The notes beneath the pieces are model-generated. The model saw nothing but the letters and a program-made list of their open reading frames with translations, was not told where the DNA came from and did not search any database. From Oopsacas minuta (Eukaryota; Animalia; Porifera): a DNA stretch of 64,000 nucleotides. Shown piece by piece: positions 40,101-50,728 of the stretch. Position numbers and translations under genes: made by a program. The DNA lies in the NCBI GenBank assembly GCA_024704765.1, contig JAKMXF010000177.1, forward strand, positions 558,001 to 622,000, written 5' to 3'. The first letter of the stretch is position 1, and the number at the start of each line of letters is the position of its first letter.

Positions 40101-41634
40101 TACTAGTCTGGAATGGAAACACCCTTAATAGAATCCTGGATCCGCCACCGATGTAAAGTATGAGCACCTGCAGTGAAAAACCTTCAGTTTTTTGAGCATT
40201 TTTAACGCCCTAAGATGGCACAATAGCCTCTGCAACATTGCGAATCGTGTACAGTCGAAATGGGGTGTTTCTCCACAATACTATTTAAATTTTTGTTACC
40301 TTTATTGTGTAAAATAGTGCAGTTCTAATGCATTTTTTCGGGTTATTTTTCCTTCCTGTTTTTTGCCCTGTGTTAACTGTTAAGTGATCAAAAATTTGAT
40401 TTGCAATTTTAATTGATTAAAATTATTGGATTTACAAAATTAACGCTGCAATGTCTAACAAATTTGATATAGAATACTTATAACAAATCAGGCAGTGTTA
40501 ATTAACAACTTAGTACAGTAAACTCTCGCTATCACTACCAGGGAGTATTCCTAGCATAAAAGTAAGGGAATGCTTCAAAGCACTACCCATTCCATTAAAT
40601 TTGCGTCTCTTATGTGGTATAATCGGCGCCTTCTGATGTCCTAGTTTAGCTATAATCCAAATTTTCCATAAAGAAGCGCTTTTGCGTTCCCCCCTGTTTA
40701 TATAATGTAATTAGATAGAAGGACCTACGGACCATTGGACCACTTCGTTATATGCAGGTTCCGTTGTATCCGACTTGGTTCGACGGGAGTTTACGTAATA
40801 ACTCATCTGGCCAGTACTTACAGAGTTATAGTACAGTAGATACTTGCAAACTAAGTTGCTTGGAAAATAGTTGAGGGACGATTGCGAGAGTGATTTCTTT
40901 GCGGAAAACTCTAAATCTGAGAGGTGTGTCCAATTTGCGATTGCCTACTGTAATTTAATTGGATAGAATTATATTCTACCTCTTTAATTAATTCAATGCT
41001 AATTAGCATACTTAGCTACTTAGCTTAGAGTATATATCAAAATTGTTAGACATTGCATCCTAACCAATAGAACCCATTGTTTATTGTATAGTAGTTATTA
41101 CTTAACTTATTGATTTTGTATTATTTGTACTACATAGGCTAATTCGATAAACGCCTTCATTGCGTTTGGGGCAAAAGAAAACAGATTTCAACTGTATAAG
41201 TATTATAACACAATTTGTTTGTACAATAATGAGGACTTAGATTTAAAGATTACGTTTTGCGAAGTCATTTGCTGTGTAGGAGGATTTGCTGATATATGTT
41301 ACCAATACGTATTTAAAACGAATACCCAATAATATATGTGTATAGCTTATGTTATGTGTTATTGGTAGTTGCCCACAAGATTCTAAAATGTGTTAAGGGC
41401 CTTACCGCAGATGCCATACCTACAGTACAAATTAGTGAGTTTACTGTATTCAAATTTGATTTTTATAGACTGAGGGAAAGCATAATGGAATATGCTGAAG
41501 AGAATGATTGGAAACTCCCTGAAGGGTTCTGTAAATTTCCTGAAGGAATCAAACTATCACAATGCGCCTCTGCTTGGTCTGTGTTAGCTGTATTAGAACA
41601 CAGTATTTCTAATTCTTATATTACTGACGTATAA
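2424..41634 (+). CDS. RNF213: RNF213 (mysterin)-like giant AAA+ ATPase / RZ-finger E3 ligase, ~5230 aa, 23 exons, RING-less
   Basis: Hand-spliced exons, all GT-AG and phase-consistent: 2424-13178, 13241-13403, 14197-14670, 15432-15601, 16473-16900, 17424-17526, 18750-18847, 18908-19174, 19788-19899, 20952-21368, 30446-30574, 31930-32028, 33220-33594, 33777-33949, 34006-34283, 37531-37696, 37755-38056, 38127-38388, 38453-38732, 38823-39032, 39440-39529, 39802-39971, 41469-41634. RNF213 hallmarks include an N-terminal Cys ribbon, a CBM20-like region (FAYKYY...YE), GAGKS, GETGCGKT/LFFDEAN, GKPGSSKS/VVLDEVG, FIGISNWSLDPAKMNR, YGLRDFYSLIKM, RYVDLGLGTHR, PLINRLEKH, the RZ finger and NPLLRIVY. Three frameshifts occur in exon 1. 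Confidence 0.93.
9601..11300 (+). other. Two catalytically intact AAA+ modules (AAA3/AAA4 equivalents) of the RNF213-like protein
   Basis: Walker A GETGCGKT with Walker B LFFDEAN, and Walker A GKPGSSKS with Walker B VVLDEVG, plus sensor ACNPY and GISNW motifs. Confidence 0.92.
14999..15237. mobile_element. Tc1/mariner-type MITE, copy 1 (intron 3)
   Basis: CACTCTCTGGCCAAA...GGGAGTG ends. The body is closely similar to 16966-17216. Confidence 0.75.
16966..17216. mobile_element. Tc1/mariner-type MITE, copy 2 (intron 5)
   Basis: TA/CACTCAATGGCCAAAAGTATTG ... CAATACATTTGGCCAGGGAGTG/TA gives TIRs and a TA target duplication. Confidence 0.8.
21854..22590. repeat. Inverted repeat with ~120-bp arms (21854-21972 / 22470-22590), probable MITE
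   Basis: GTGTACGCGTATACACTAAATGTTTCGGGTGTAC...GCATATGGGTTGTTTATA is mirrored by TATAAACAACCCATATGC...GTACACCCGAAACATTTAGTGTATACGCGTACAC. A partial copy is at ~57820-57850. Confidence 0.8.
22754..24827. mobile_element. Non-autonomous foldback element with ~620-bp inverted arms
   Basis: 22771-~23395 is the reverse complement of ~23950-24827 once the MITE at 24454-24737 is removed (e.g. ATAATGGGGAACGCTATATATCCCTGACTATTCTTTCGTT vs AACGAAAGAATAGTCAGGGATATATAGCGTTCCCCATTAT). It starts with the same 24-mer as the right end of the THAP element. Confidence 0.85.
24454..24737. mobile_element. hAT MITE (284 bp)
   Basis: TIRs CAGGAGTGGGCAAAC / GTTTGCCCACCCTG; 8-bp TSD CCATAAAT / ACATAAAT (7 of 8 match). 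Confidence 0.85.
24827..29924 (-). mobile_element. THAP-domain P-element-like DNA transposon, ~200-bp TIRs, internally deleted and interrupted
   Basis: TIRs at ~24827-25020 and ~29716-29924. Minus-strand THAP motifs: CSVFGC...KWIRAL...ICIHHF...AVPIIF (29510-29200). Then AVALKAHLISPACYRF..LPTTRLLR, MDEIHV..YQGG and a C-terminal IGGYAVY..CHLC..DRGFLKWPS (25160-25735). Two 62-bp GT-AG introns at 28536-28597 and 25849-25910. Confidence 0.85.
26031..28412 (+). mobile_element. hAT transposon (SPIN/GTF2IRD2-type transposase), 2382 bp
   Basis: Perfect 14-bp TIRs CAGGGGTGCCCAAC / GTTGGGCACCCCTG and a perfect 8-bp TSD ATCTAACC (26023-26030, 28413-28420). The transposase runs from ATG 26373 (KRKVD..W..YFF, CLIC..YNIQRHY, YSLALDESTD, TTDGAPSM, HCIIHQE, EVRWLSRG, FGSTYICEQLFS) to ~28160, with about three frame disruptions. 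Confidence 0.95.
29931..30317. mobile_element. pogo/Tigger-type MITE
   Basis: TA/CAGTAGATGTCGGATATAAGAA ... TTCTTATAACTGACATTCACTG/TA, with internal TATAAGAAC repeats. Confidence 0.75.
33553..33845 (+). other. RZ finger (exons 13/14): WYECPNGHPYFIGN/CGRPWVVSTCRECGSQVGGSRH
   Basis: The spacing C-x3-H-x6-C-x8-C-x2-C-x8-H is identical to the human RNF213 RZ finger. Intron 33595-33776 lies just before the putative catalytic Cys codon (33777-33779). Confidence 0.92.
35510..36888 (-). mobile_element. Tc1/mariner transposon of the DD41D (rosa/Visitor) type; transposase 36806-35661 with one in-frame TGA
   Basis: TIRs GGGTAATTCAAAAAAATGCAACCCAAAA / TTTTGGGTTGCATTTTTTTTGAATCACCC. Motifs LWMSDEAHF, FQQDGA and SPDLNPPDFYLWG, with 41 residues between the second and third Asp. 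ORFs 36210-36806 and 35661-36194 share a frame and are separated by TGA at a conserved Trp (xxWG). Confidence 0.92.
40834..40950. mobile_element. Short pogo-type MITE
   Basis: TACAGTAGATACTTGCAAA ... TTTGCGATTGCCTACTGTA. Confidence 0.5.
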
Positions 41635-43019
41635 CATGAAATATACAATGAATATATTCTTCAGTAATACACTGAATTTAGTATATAATATTATAAGAAT
41701 TGTTTTATGCTTCTTTTTGCTATTTTTGAAATGTTTTGGTAATTCTTTAATTCCCAATTATACTTTTGTAATATTTATTTTGTACATATACTTGTATAAT
41801 GAAATATTTTTATTTATTTACTTATTTGATATTTACTAATTAATTTATTGGTCAGATTGTAATATCTTTATATTCTCATATTAAGCCACTAATTTCAGGC
41901 TTGCATCTATTCTACGCTGGGCTATCCAAATTCTAACGTAGCTTGACGAAGTATATTTGCCATGTAAGATCCGAGGACAACCCAATCAGCATTATTATGT
42001 CACCATTATGATTCCATACTTTGATTTAGATTCTTATATCTTACAGGATCATACTGAATCATGATTTATTACTTTAGAGAACAAATCTTCCAGGCTACTA
42101 TTCGAGTATACATTCCATGCTCTGAAATCTTTCGATTCCACACACCCTATAAACATAGACAAGGTGTTTGAAATCGAATATCGAATAATTATTACAATAT
42201 CTTCCAGACTATAAATGCTAAAAAGCAATCCAATCACTTCGTCATAACGAGATTTGCCTTGTATCCTAAAAAGTTGTAGATACATCAAGTGTATACAAAA
42301 GTATAAATTGGCCTTATAGTGTTGGTAAATCAAGAAGATCTGAGTGCTTAAATTGTGTAGGTAGCCCTGAAGTTGCTTATTCCAGCTCTAATGATAATAT
42401 ACTTCCTGGATCTCGAGCATTTATAGATTAAGAGATATTGGAATATACAAATGATTATTCGAAAAGCATTTCATATCAGGCGAGGAATGTAATTTCCCAT
42501 TTTATTGAAACCATCTATAGAAAACAAACGTATAATGTGTTTGAAGTGGACCAGAAATAATAAACCTTCTTTTCTAAAATCCTATTAAGCACACTGATGA
42601 GGAAACAGTACACATTTAATACTGGTCAACTGTCCTGATCCCTATAATCCAGGGAAATTCTGTTATTCGCTTTTCTGATTCAATTACCAAACACAATCCC
42701 AAACATTGGTATTATTGGATGTGAAACTTGGAAATCAGGGAAATTTTAGAAAATCTACATCATTTTCATTTTGAATTTGAACCAAAGTATTAAAAATTAC
42801 AATTCCTTACCTCACAATTGAATGCCCCAAAATGTATTTGTTATAATAGATTTCATTCAAGTAGTTACTATAAATAGCTATTTATAGGAGCTTATGTGAA
42901 AGCTATTATCAAAGGACAATGCTTCCACATATACAAACTATTGCTCGTATTACAAATATAATAACTTAACAAAAGTAGTAATAATAATATTTATCACCAC
43001 CAACCTAATCCGAGATAGT

Positions 43020-45023
43020 CTAATTATTTACATTCAAATACTCGTTCTGCAAATCCTTGTACAACTCCATTGCGGCGATGGGATCAGCACCCAGCATGAA
43101 AGCAGGTGGCAAGGTACCAGATCTGTTCTCTAGCTGAGTACGGACTAACAACATCTCATTAGGTACACTTAGTCTGGTAACTATATCTTTCATGTCAGGA
43201 CGCTGATTAGCTCTAGGATGCCAAGTGTCAACCATAAGTTCATATATAGCACGAGAACAGCCAGATGGAGGGGGAAGGTTTACTCCCCGTGCCATCTTCT
43301 CCACGGTGCTCCTGTTGTCCTCATATGGCCATGGCTGCCTTCCCACTGACCAGATCTCGTATAAAAGCATACCGTAGCTCCATACGTCACTCTTGAGAGT
43401 GAAGCGCTTGAAGAAAACTGCCTCGGGAGCAGACCACTTGACTGGAAGTTTGTTGCTTCCTTTTACCTTGTAATAATCTGATTCAGTTTGTAAACGTCGT
43501 GACATGCCAAAGTCTGCAATCTTACAGACAAATTTGTCTGTTAAGAGAATATTCCTTGCAGCGATATCTCTGTGGATACATCCTCTCTCAGCGAGGTGCT
43601 GCATTCCACTTGCCACCTGTCTGCTGACGGAGAGGAAGTGAGGTGCTATAGTCTCATAGTCTAGTTCTTGATTGTGTTGTGTCTGTAGATCGATTAGGAA
43701 ACGTTTCAGTTCTTCATGCATGAGTTCGGTCACTATCATGTTTGGTACTGTCAATGTCACCACCCCAACTAACCTCAGTATGTTAGGATGCGAGAACTGA
43801 CCCAAAATAGCAGCTTCTTGTAGCAAAGCAGTCTGTGATTGCTTATCAATATCCTGGTTCATTACTTTCACAGCCACATTCAAATCTCCTACAGGACTTT
43901 GCCATATACCCTTATTTACTTCCCCAAATTCTCCTGATCCTAACAGTTCCTGGATAGATATAGTTTCTTTGTTGATTTCTAGGAGTTTTTCGTTCGACAT
44001 TTGGATATACAGATCCTCTACGTTATCAGAAGGTTCCCAGTATATTGCTTCAGCTTTTGACAAATAATCATCTTCAGCTTTATCCATACTTACGAATCGA
44101 GTATAATATAGTGACTGTTTTTTTGCATTATGATTGGAATTACTCAATTTCCTTTGTTCTAGCGTCGGAACCACGACGTAACTGACAGTCCCTGAAACGT
44201 TCGTGGAATTAGAATTAGTGCGAATATGTGAAATTTGATTTTCAATAGTTTGTTCTAAATCAGCACTAATACGAACAGGCTTGGTTTCCCTCATTTTACG
44301 ATAGAGATCTTCACTGTTATTGGTATAGCACCTAAATGAATACAGATTCTCTGTTTCTATATCAACATAATCATAATCCTTGAAATTTACCTCAGCGTAT
44401 ACAGATTCAATTCCTGGATTAAAATGTAATTGTGACTGAACCAATGGATTTATTGTTACAGAATTAACGTTTTGTATTGGTATACTCTCTTGGGGATTTA
44501 CACATGCGAAAGGGTGATCAGATTTCTTCTTTCTTACAACTATCCACAGTAGAGGAACGCAAGACAATGTTACCAACGATATTATGACCAGTATTATGAA
44601 GATAGCCACGGCTAAAATAATCCAAACTATATTTCTATTTTCAATAAAAGTATTGTCTACTAATAAAAACCCTGTACAGAACAAATCTTTTGTGACTTCA
44701 CCCGTCCGAATGTTAGCAAAGCTGCAATTACAATCCACGCTGTTTATAGCTTTAATTACTAACAAAGACTTTTCCATACAAGTTAAGACATAGTTATTTA
44801 ATAAAGAATCTGTTGTATTGCTGAAATCATGAGGGATAAATTCATTAAATATAGCTGGAGAGCAAAACATGTCGTTTAAGTCAATCCAAGGTACTATATC
44901 TTGAAATCCGATGTTAACATTACATAATACCTGACATTCAATGTTCACGAAGAAGAGAGAAGTTAGGAAGAAGACAAGAAAGATATTGTTCATTGTTTTA
45001 GAAAATAGAGAACCAGTTCTCAT
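43020..45023 (-). CDS. Intronless receptor tyrosine kinase: signal peptide, short Cys-rich ectodomain, one TM helix, long Tyr-rich juxtamembrane region, TK domain
   Basis: Hydrophobic N-terminus (likely start MNNIFLVFF), TM IVWIILAVAIFIILVIISLV, GSGEFG, VAVK, HRDIAARNILL, DFG, DYY activation loop and LPVKWSAPEA. Confidence 0.93.
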   Translation of the reverse strand: MRTGSLFSKTMNNIFLVFFLTSLFFVNIECQVLCNVNIGFQDIVPWIDLNDMFCSPAIFNEFIPHDFSNTTDSLLNNYVLTCMEKSLLVIKAINSVDCNCSFANIRTGEVTKDLFCTGFLLVDNTFIENRNIVWIILAVAIFIILVIISLVTLSCVPLLWIVVRKKKSDHPFACVNPQESIPIQNVNSVTINPLVQSQLHFNPGIESVYAEVNFKDYDYVDIETENLYSFRCYTNNSEDLYRKMRETKPVRISADLEQTIENQISHIRTNSNSTNVSGTVSYVVVPTLEQRKLSNSNHNAKKQSLYYTRFVSMDKAEDDYLSKAEAIYWEPSDNVEDLYIQMSNEKLLEINKETISIQELLGSGEFGEVNKGIWQSPVGDLNVAVKVMNQDIDKQSQTALLQEAAILGQFSHPNILRLVGVVTLTVPNMIVTELMHEELKRFLIDLQTQHNQELDYETIAPHFLSVSRQVASGMQHLAERGCIHRDIAARNILLTDKFVCKIADFGMSRRLQTESDYYKVKGSNKLPVKWSAPEAVFFKRFTLKSDVWSYGMLLYEIWSVGRQPWPYEDNRSTVEKMARGVNLPPPSGCSRAIYELMVDTWHPRANQRPDMKDIVTRLSVPNEMLLVRTQLENRSGTLPPAFMLGADPIAAMELYKDLQNEYLNVNN

Positions 45024-45726
45024 AAATATAAGACTTTCATTGAAAGTACATATTTATTCCATTGTGTATCATATTTCAGATAGACTTAGTAGATATACAA
45101 ACCTCAGCGAAGTAAAGACTACGGATCTATTATTTGCTATTAAATTCTAATAATTAGGAAAAGGAATAGATTTGGGAGATCTAATTAGAAATAACAATAT
45201 TTCAATGTATTAATGTTAGCAATCTAATATACTGCATAACGTATAATTCAGGGATGATTAGATGTATCGCTAATTTTCATCTCCGTCTGTCTATTACATG
45301 GCAGTATGAGACGGTCGATTGGTCAGGTTTCAACCGAACCAACATTTGGATTGCTAATACAAATAGTATTAGTCGAACGGACCAACTTGGATAATCTGAT
45401 TTAGACCAACTTGAGGAATTGAAATCTTGTAACGACCTGTATCAAAATCTATGGACGGTGTATGTTTGGTGGCTTAGCTATGTTACAAGGCTCAGGAAAT
45501 TGGTGACTATCCCTACCAAACCACGGAATTTGTCGAGCACAAGAGAGTAGGCTCCAGCATGGTTGGCGAGGTAATGGAATAATTCCTACTCTTTCCAATG
45601 AGACGAATAGAAACATATGTGTATGGTCTACCAATCCGCATCCCGAGTCTATGCCCCTGTTATTTTGCAAATGCCTACCAATGAATGAAACATGATTGGT
45701 TTTGCTTGAATTTTGAACTCTTAATA

Positions 45727-45873
45727 CAGTGGAGTCTCCCAAAACGGAAACCTCGTGCCACGGATTGAATTTGCCAAGCATGTAATACTTAAGCAGTCTC
45801 CGAGTAGCGGATAATTCTCTACAACGGACAGATACTATGTCCCCAACGTGTCCGTTATTCAGAGGCTCCACTG
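45727..45873. mobile_element. pogo/Tigger-type MITE
   Basis: TA/CAGTGGAGTCTC ... GAGGCTCCACTG/TA. Confidence 0.7.
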
Positions 45874-47399
45874 TAACATATTAATGTTGTCTGGACAAAT
45901 TTTAATGGATTATGTGAATGCGATCCATCTGGAAGATGTGCCAGTGGTGGTTGTTTTAGCACTAATATAGTACGTATAGTTTGAACCACTATACTATAGG
46001 CAGTGGCGCGGTAGTTCCACATCCGCCAGTTATGCGTAACTTTCCGTGTAATTGAATGCATTAATATTTACTTCTGGCGCCACATTAACTTCCTCGGATC
46101 CATATCCACAGCACTGAGGCACTGACTATATGTATGGTTGGATCGGCAGAGTAATAACCCGGATTTTCGTATCCCGAATGAAGTCCGTCGAGATTCGGGA
46201 TTCAGAAGCGAAAAGTTTTCAATAATTATTATTTCAATGGAGGCATCGACCAGAAAAGCGTACGATAATGCTCAATATTATAACTTGTATGGTCAATTCT
46301 AGGTTGATAGAGCATACGAGCTATATCACTGATTTTTAGATAAGATTAAATACTATCGAGGGTAAGATGCGAGTAAAGCGAGCCGAAAATTTCCAGTTTG
46401 CAATTTAAGCGAAGGCGGTGACATGCCCCGAGTCAAATATCACTTTGACATTGAGCTATAGCTGGGTGAAATTCCTCCGAGGCACATTAGCACATAAACC
46501 GATACGCCTGGAAGAAGCCTGAAATGTATCCATTTTTCATATACGTAAAGCACAAAGCAAATAGGAAAATTGTCCAAGTAAATGTGTATTAGGCGGTTTT
46601 GAGAAATTGTTTCAAGATTCAAATCAAGATGGCAGTACAAAGGTAATTAATGTGGTAGCTATTATAGCTTATTGTCCAAGGGATCACACAGATAATACTG
46701 GAAGACATACAGCACCCCAGACCCCCAGCTAGAGTTGCCACGCGCATATGCAACTGGGAGCCCTCAAATATTCTCCGAGCTACATATCATTACTCCATGG
46801 GACTAGTAAAACCAAGTTTTTGGGGTAATTGCAGACCAAACGTTATTTCTTTCATTGTTTCGCTCCTGGACTTACTGATTTACTGATTGTTTACAGCACA
46901 CATAGGCTTTGAAATCTGGGAGTGCAAAAATTCAATCTGGTAGGTAACGTCTAGAACTTGTTGACAACCAGATTGAATTTGTGCACCCTAGATATCAAAG
47001 CCACACGACCCCACTGCTCAGCTGGATGGTTATCGTACTCAACTAAAAATTTATAGACCCGCCACTAGGCATGCTCTTGCTAAACCCACTAAACACCTTG
47101 CCCACCGTCCTGCTCCTTGGAACTTCGTGCACCCTGATAATTTTTTGGCCCCCCCCCCCCTTAGGTGAAGTATCTGGCGATTCCCCTGCCCATACCCGCG
47201 GGCATCCCTCTCCAGGGCAGCGCTGTATATTAGTTAGCGAAGGTAAAACCAATTTATCTATACAATTTGATATCTCTCTTACGAATAAAACTGGTATATT
47301 GTCAACTTATCAAATCTACACATGACAAACGTTCAGTATACACAAGTAAATAATATAATTGCTTGTCGCTGTGTTACATGGAAAGTTCCTTCTCGAATC

Positions 47400-48056
47400 T
47401 CAAGTCATGAATATCAGTTTGGAGCATCTGTATCCAAATTTTAATGGCATGTTCAGGATCGAAAAAGCGATCAAAAACAGGAAAAGTAATATCGAAAACC
47501 ATCCACGCTTTCTCTGAATTTGCTTGTTGTTGCTAACTTGGATTGGCTGGGGGAAATTGAAACTTCCTTGTGATGTCACAGACCGTCTCTCCACCTCACT
47601 GCCTCCAAATTCGCTCTCTGTTTTTCTATCATACCAATCAGGGGAGTTGATGTCAGAAAATCTCTGAGTTTCATAGGTAAATGCTGAAGAGTCTGAATCG
47701 CTACAAGAATCATTCCTTATTCCCTGATAAATCTCATTATCATCGATCTGTTCTTCTGACTTGCTGCTACTTCTTGCAATTATCGTTCTAGCCAGCTCCG
47801 CGTGCTGAGTATAACTGCTATCACGTACTACAATATCTAAGAAAGGATAAAATCCTCTCCTCTCGTCTTGTAGATACTTCACCAGAGCGAGGTTCTGTTT
47901 CCTAGGGCTAATTATGTTGCTTATCTTTTCTCTTTCATCCTCCCACATCAAACTTGAATTCACAAGCTCATCTCCAATCCTTTCGAAATTCAACTTACTA
48001 ATGATTATATATTCATAAGTGTAGAAATTCATGTAGGATTTAGTAAAGTCACTCAT
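47400..48056 (-). CDS. 218-aa protein: N-terminal death-fold (CARD-like) domain, Ser/Asp-rich linker, C-terminal TM anchor
   Basis: Helical pattern IGDELVNSSLMWEDEREKI..PRKQNLALVKYL..FYPFLDIV..HAELARTI resembles a CARD. RKR-GWFSILLFLFLIAFSILNMPL-KFGYR is a tail anchor. Single exon. Confidence 0.65.
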   Translation of the reverse strand: MSDFTKSYMNFYTYEYIIISKLNFERIGDELVNSSLMWEDEREKISNIISPRKQNLALVKYLQDERRGFYPFLDIVVRDSSYTQHAELARTIIARSSSKSEEQIDDNEIYQGIRNDSCSDSDSSAFTYETQRFSDINSPDWYDRKTESEFGGSEVERRSVTSQGSFNFPQPIQVSNNKQIQRKRGWFSILLFLFLIAFSILNMPLKFGYRCSKLIFMT

Positions 48057-49239
48057 TTTTTGTATCGTGGGAATTATGTAAATATGTAAATGAGTTCACT
48101 ATACTTGTTATCGTATTTATAGTGTAAGGACAACGTTATGAGACATATGTATGTACTGCCCAATAGAGCATATTGTCTCTAATTATTCAATTAATTATGA
48201 CTGACTTGTCTGGTAGTGATATTTTTGACGCAACTTTATACGAGTAATACACAATACATACATTCGCAATTTTAATTACCGACCAAACCTATAATTTTGA
48301 TTATTCCCCATGACTCTCGTTTTTGTGATTAATTCTAACACTGTCTAATTGAATATTGCATATGGAATAACATATTAATTGCTACAGGCTATTAACCAAT
48401 TGTCATTAAAATTATTTTGACGTATCTAATGTTAATTAATATCACGTATTACAGCATTAGAACTTAGAAGTTCATCTAATCATTAATTCGTGAGAATAAT
48501 TAAATATTAATTTTCATTAATAGCTTTTTCGTACAGATTTATTAACTGTCTGATTCTATTAGTCTGTATTCAGCATAATGATACAAGCAAAATAAATAAG
48601 ATTTTATGGCGTATGATTATCAAGAGTATCTGCCTTGTCTGGCCACTTTAAAATTGGAATCGTTTAGAAATGTGTGCAAATTAATAGGCTAATGAATGGA
48701 AATATCATGTAAATAGCTTGTACATGATAGTGACTGCAATATCTTCTTTATCTCCAGTTACTACGCTTTCTTTATGGATAATTAGAAAACATTTATCAAT
48801 TGTAATCTCTCTTTCAAAATAATATATTAAATATATAAACAAAAGGTCTGTTATATTATAATTATCCATTCAGGAAAATCAAAAGATATTAAATTGTAAT
48901 ATTATATACACCTACAGTCGTACACATTGTCTAAAAGTGTTTTACTAATAAATTGCACTATAACTCCCATGATGACTGTTATGTCAGCTATCATATTCCA
49001 GTATATCATTCTCCCGCTAACAATAAGAAATATAAGATGTTGAAATTTATAACGTGTTAGAATTTATCGAGACATAATTGTATTATGGGTTGATATTGTG
49101 GGTTATGTAATATATTGGAGTCATTTTGTATCCGAATTGACTCCAAGGATTTAAGTCGTTTTGATATATTTAATCATATTTTAGGCGCAGATTATTTTGG
49201 ATAAATTTGTCTTTAGCTGCTCTAAAATTATTTTAATCA

Positions 49240-50330
49240 TTGTAGTGCAGCTCCTACAGGCTGCCCTAATAGCATGGACGATGTGCGACTTCCGTCCGTC
49301 CGTGCGAAATGTAGCAGTCGAATTAACATAAAAATTGGGATACATATACCTTTTGGGTCGGAGATTTGCACCTCAGGTATGCATGTTTTCTAAAGTGAAT
49401 ATTTCACACCTTTTGATGATTAATCATATTTTCTCACCTTTTGGATATTATTCAAAATCACGCTAAAGATTTCGTTTGAACTGCTAGCAAGGGGTAATCG
49501 AGTATGTAGACTAAATATATTGATATTCATAATAGCTAACACAGTTTGTATAGTATTTAACCGAAATTATTTCTCAGAGTAAGGAGCCCTAAATTTGGGC
49601 TGGTGCAGTGTGGTATAGACTTATACACGGGGGGCGTCAGCGGGAGCGTGGCCCTCTTGAAAGAACATAAACAACTAATCCTAAGCTGCATTCCCAGTCT
49701 GTCGGCTAAACATTTTACTGTACCGAGTATAGTGGCTCAGTTCTAAAATGGTTGACTTAGTATTTATATGTTTTTCGCTCTGCTTTTCACACCTTTAGAG
49801 ATTAAGACACCAAATTCGGCATGTATACTCGTAGTGACTTCTAATTTTCCACCTGATATTTGGAAAATTTCTAATGTGTATATTTTCACACCTTTTGATA
49901 CTTCTGTATTTTAGCCCAATCAGTTGGTAGGGATTTACAATTAGGCATAAACGCATACAATTAGTTCTGGTGGAGTGTTTGTAATTTAATTAGCACTGTG
50001 AAGTATTTGTAATGATGTATACTGCAATTCTATTAACTAAGACATTCTATTAAGTATATATATACTGATTTATCATATGATTAATCATATTTTCACATCT
50101 TTTGGTGAAATTTCAAAATTATCTTAGAGATTAGCTTCCACTTGTTAGATAGGGGTAAACAGAGACGTATAATTCTATTCTAACATTTTGGAATGTCTAA
50201 CAGATTATTAAAATTCAATTTTATATTTGCTAAAATGAATATTTAGTAGAATAGCATAATTTCAATAATCTAATAAATTAATTTGGTAAATTTAAGTCGG
50301 CACAGATGGTGATTTGAGATTTTTCATTGT
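49240..50330 (+). repeat. Dispersed repeat family copy (HINE/Helentron-derived-like); other fragments at ~17730-17800, 18440-18720, 21420-21790, 31100-31175, 32410-32940 (-), 39700-39770
   Basis: Shared terminus TTTAGTGCAGCTCCTA.AGGGAGATGC-like, a CGTCCGTCC(GT) microsatellite, and repeated GATTAATCATATTT and TTTTCACACCTTTTGAT blocks. 18465-18720 aligns to 50075-50330. Confidence 0.6.
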
Positions 50331-50728
50331 CATCTGATCTGTGGATATCAGTGTTATGTGCGTGTTGGACCATCATCCAATCTATTTATGTCTTGGCCTA
50401 TTGTTTAGTATTGTATAATTATCAAGGTTCGAAAAAATATACTTGGATTATTCTTATTTTCTAATTTGGAATTTTTTCATAAACTTGAGTGGAAATTCCT
50501 GGAATTAAGATTAAATAATACAACCTATTGGATTTCGTTTAGGTTCATATTGTATCTTCTGCCTCTGGGGTGTCACTATAGAATAAAGTATGTAGTATAA
50601 TATACGGATTGATAATAAATACAGCAATACTTCAATTTTGAGTTTTTGACTTATACAAAAATAAGCTTAATTAAAACATGCGAAATTAATCAAATGAATA
50701 TGCATACAATACGGAAATTATCATAAAT

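Noticed and set aside
41636-42333. ORFs 41636-41839 (hydrophobic) and 42049-42333
   Set aside because: The first is very AT-rich 3' UTR sequence producing F/I/L/Y bias. I could not assign the second to any family.
45449-46061. ORFs 45449-45871 and 45855-46061
   Set aside because: They run through a pogo MITE end and unrelated sequence and show no protein motifs.
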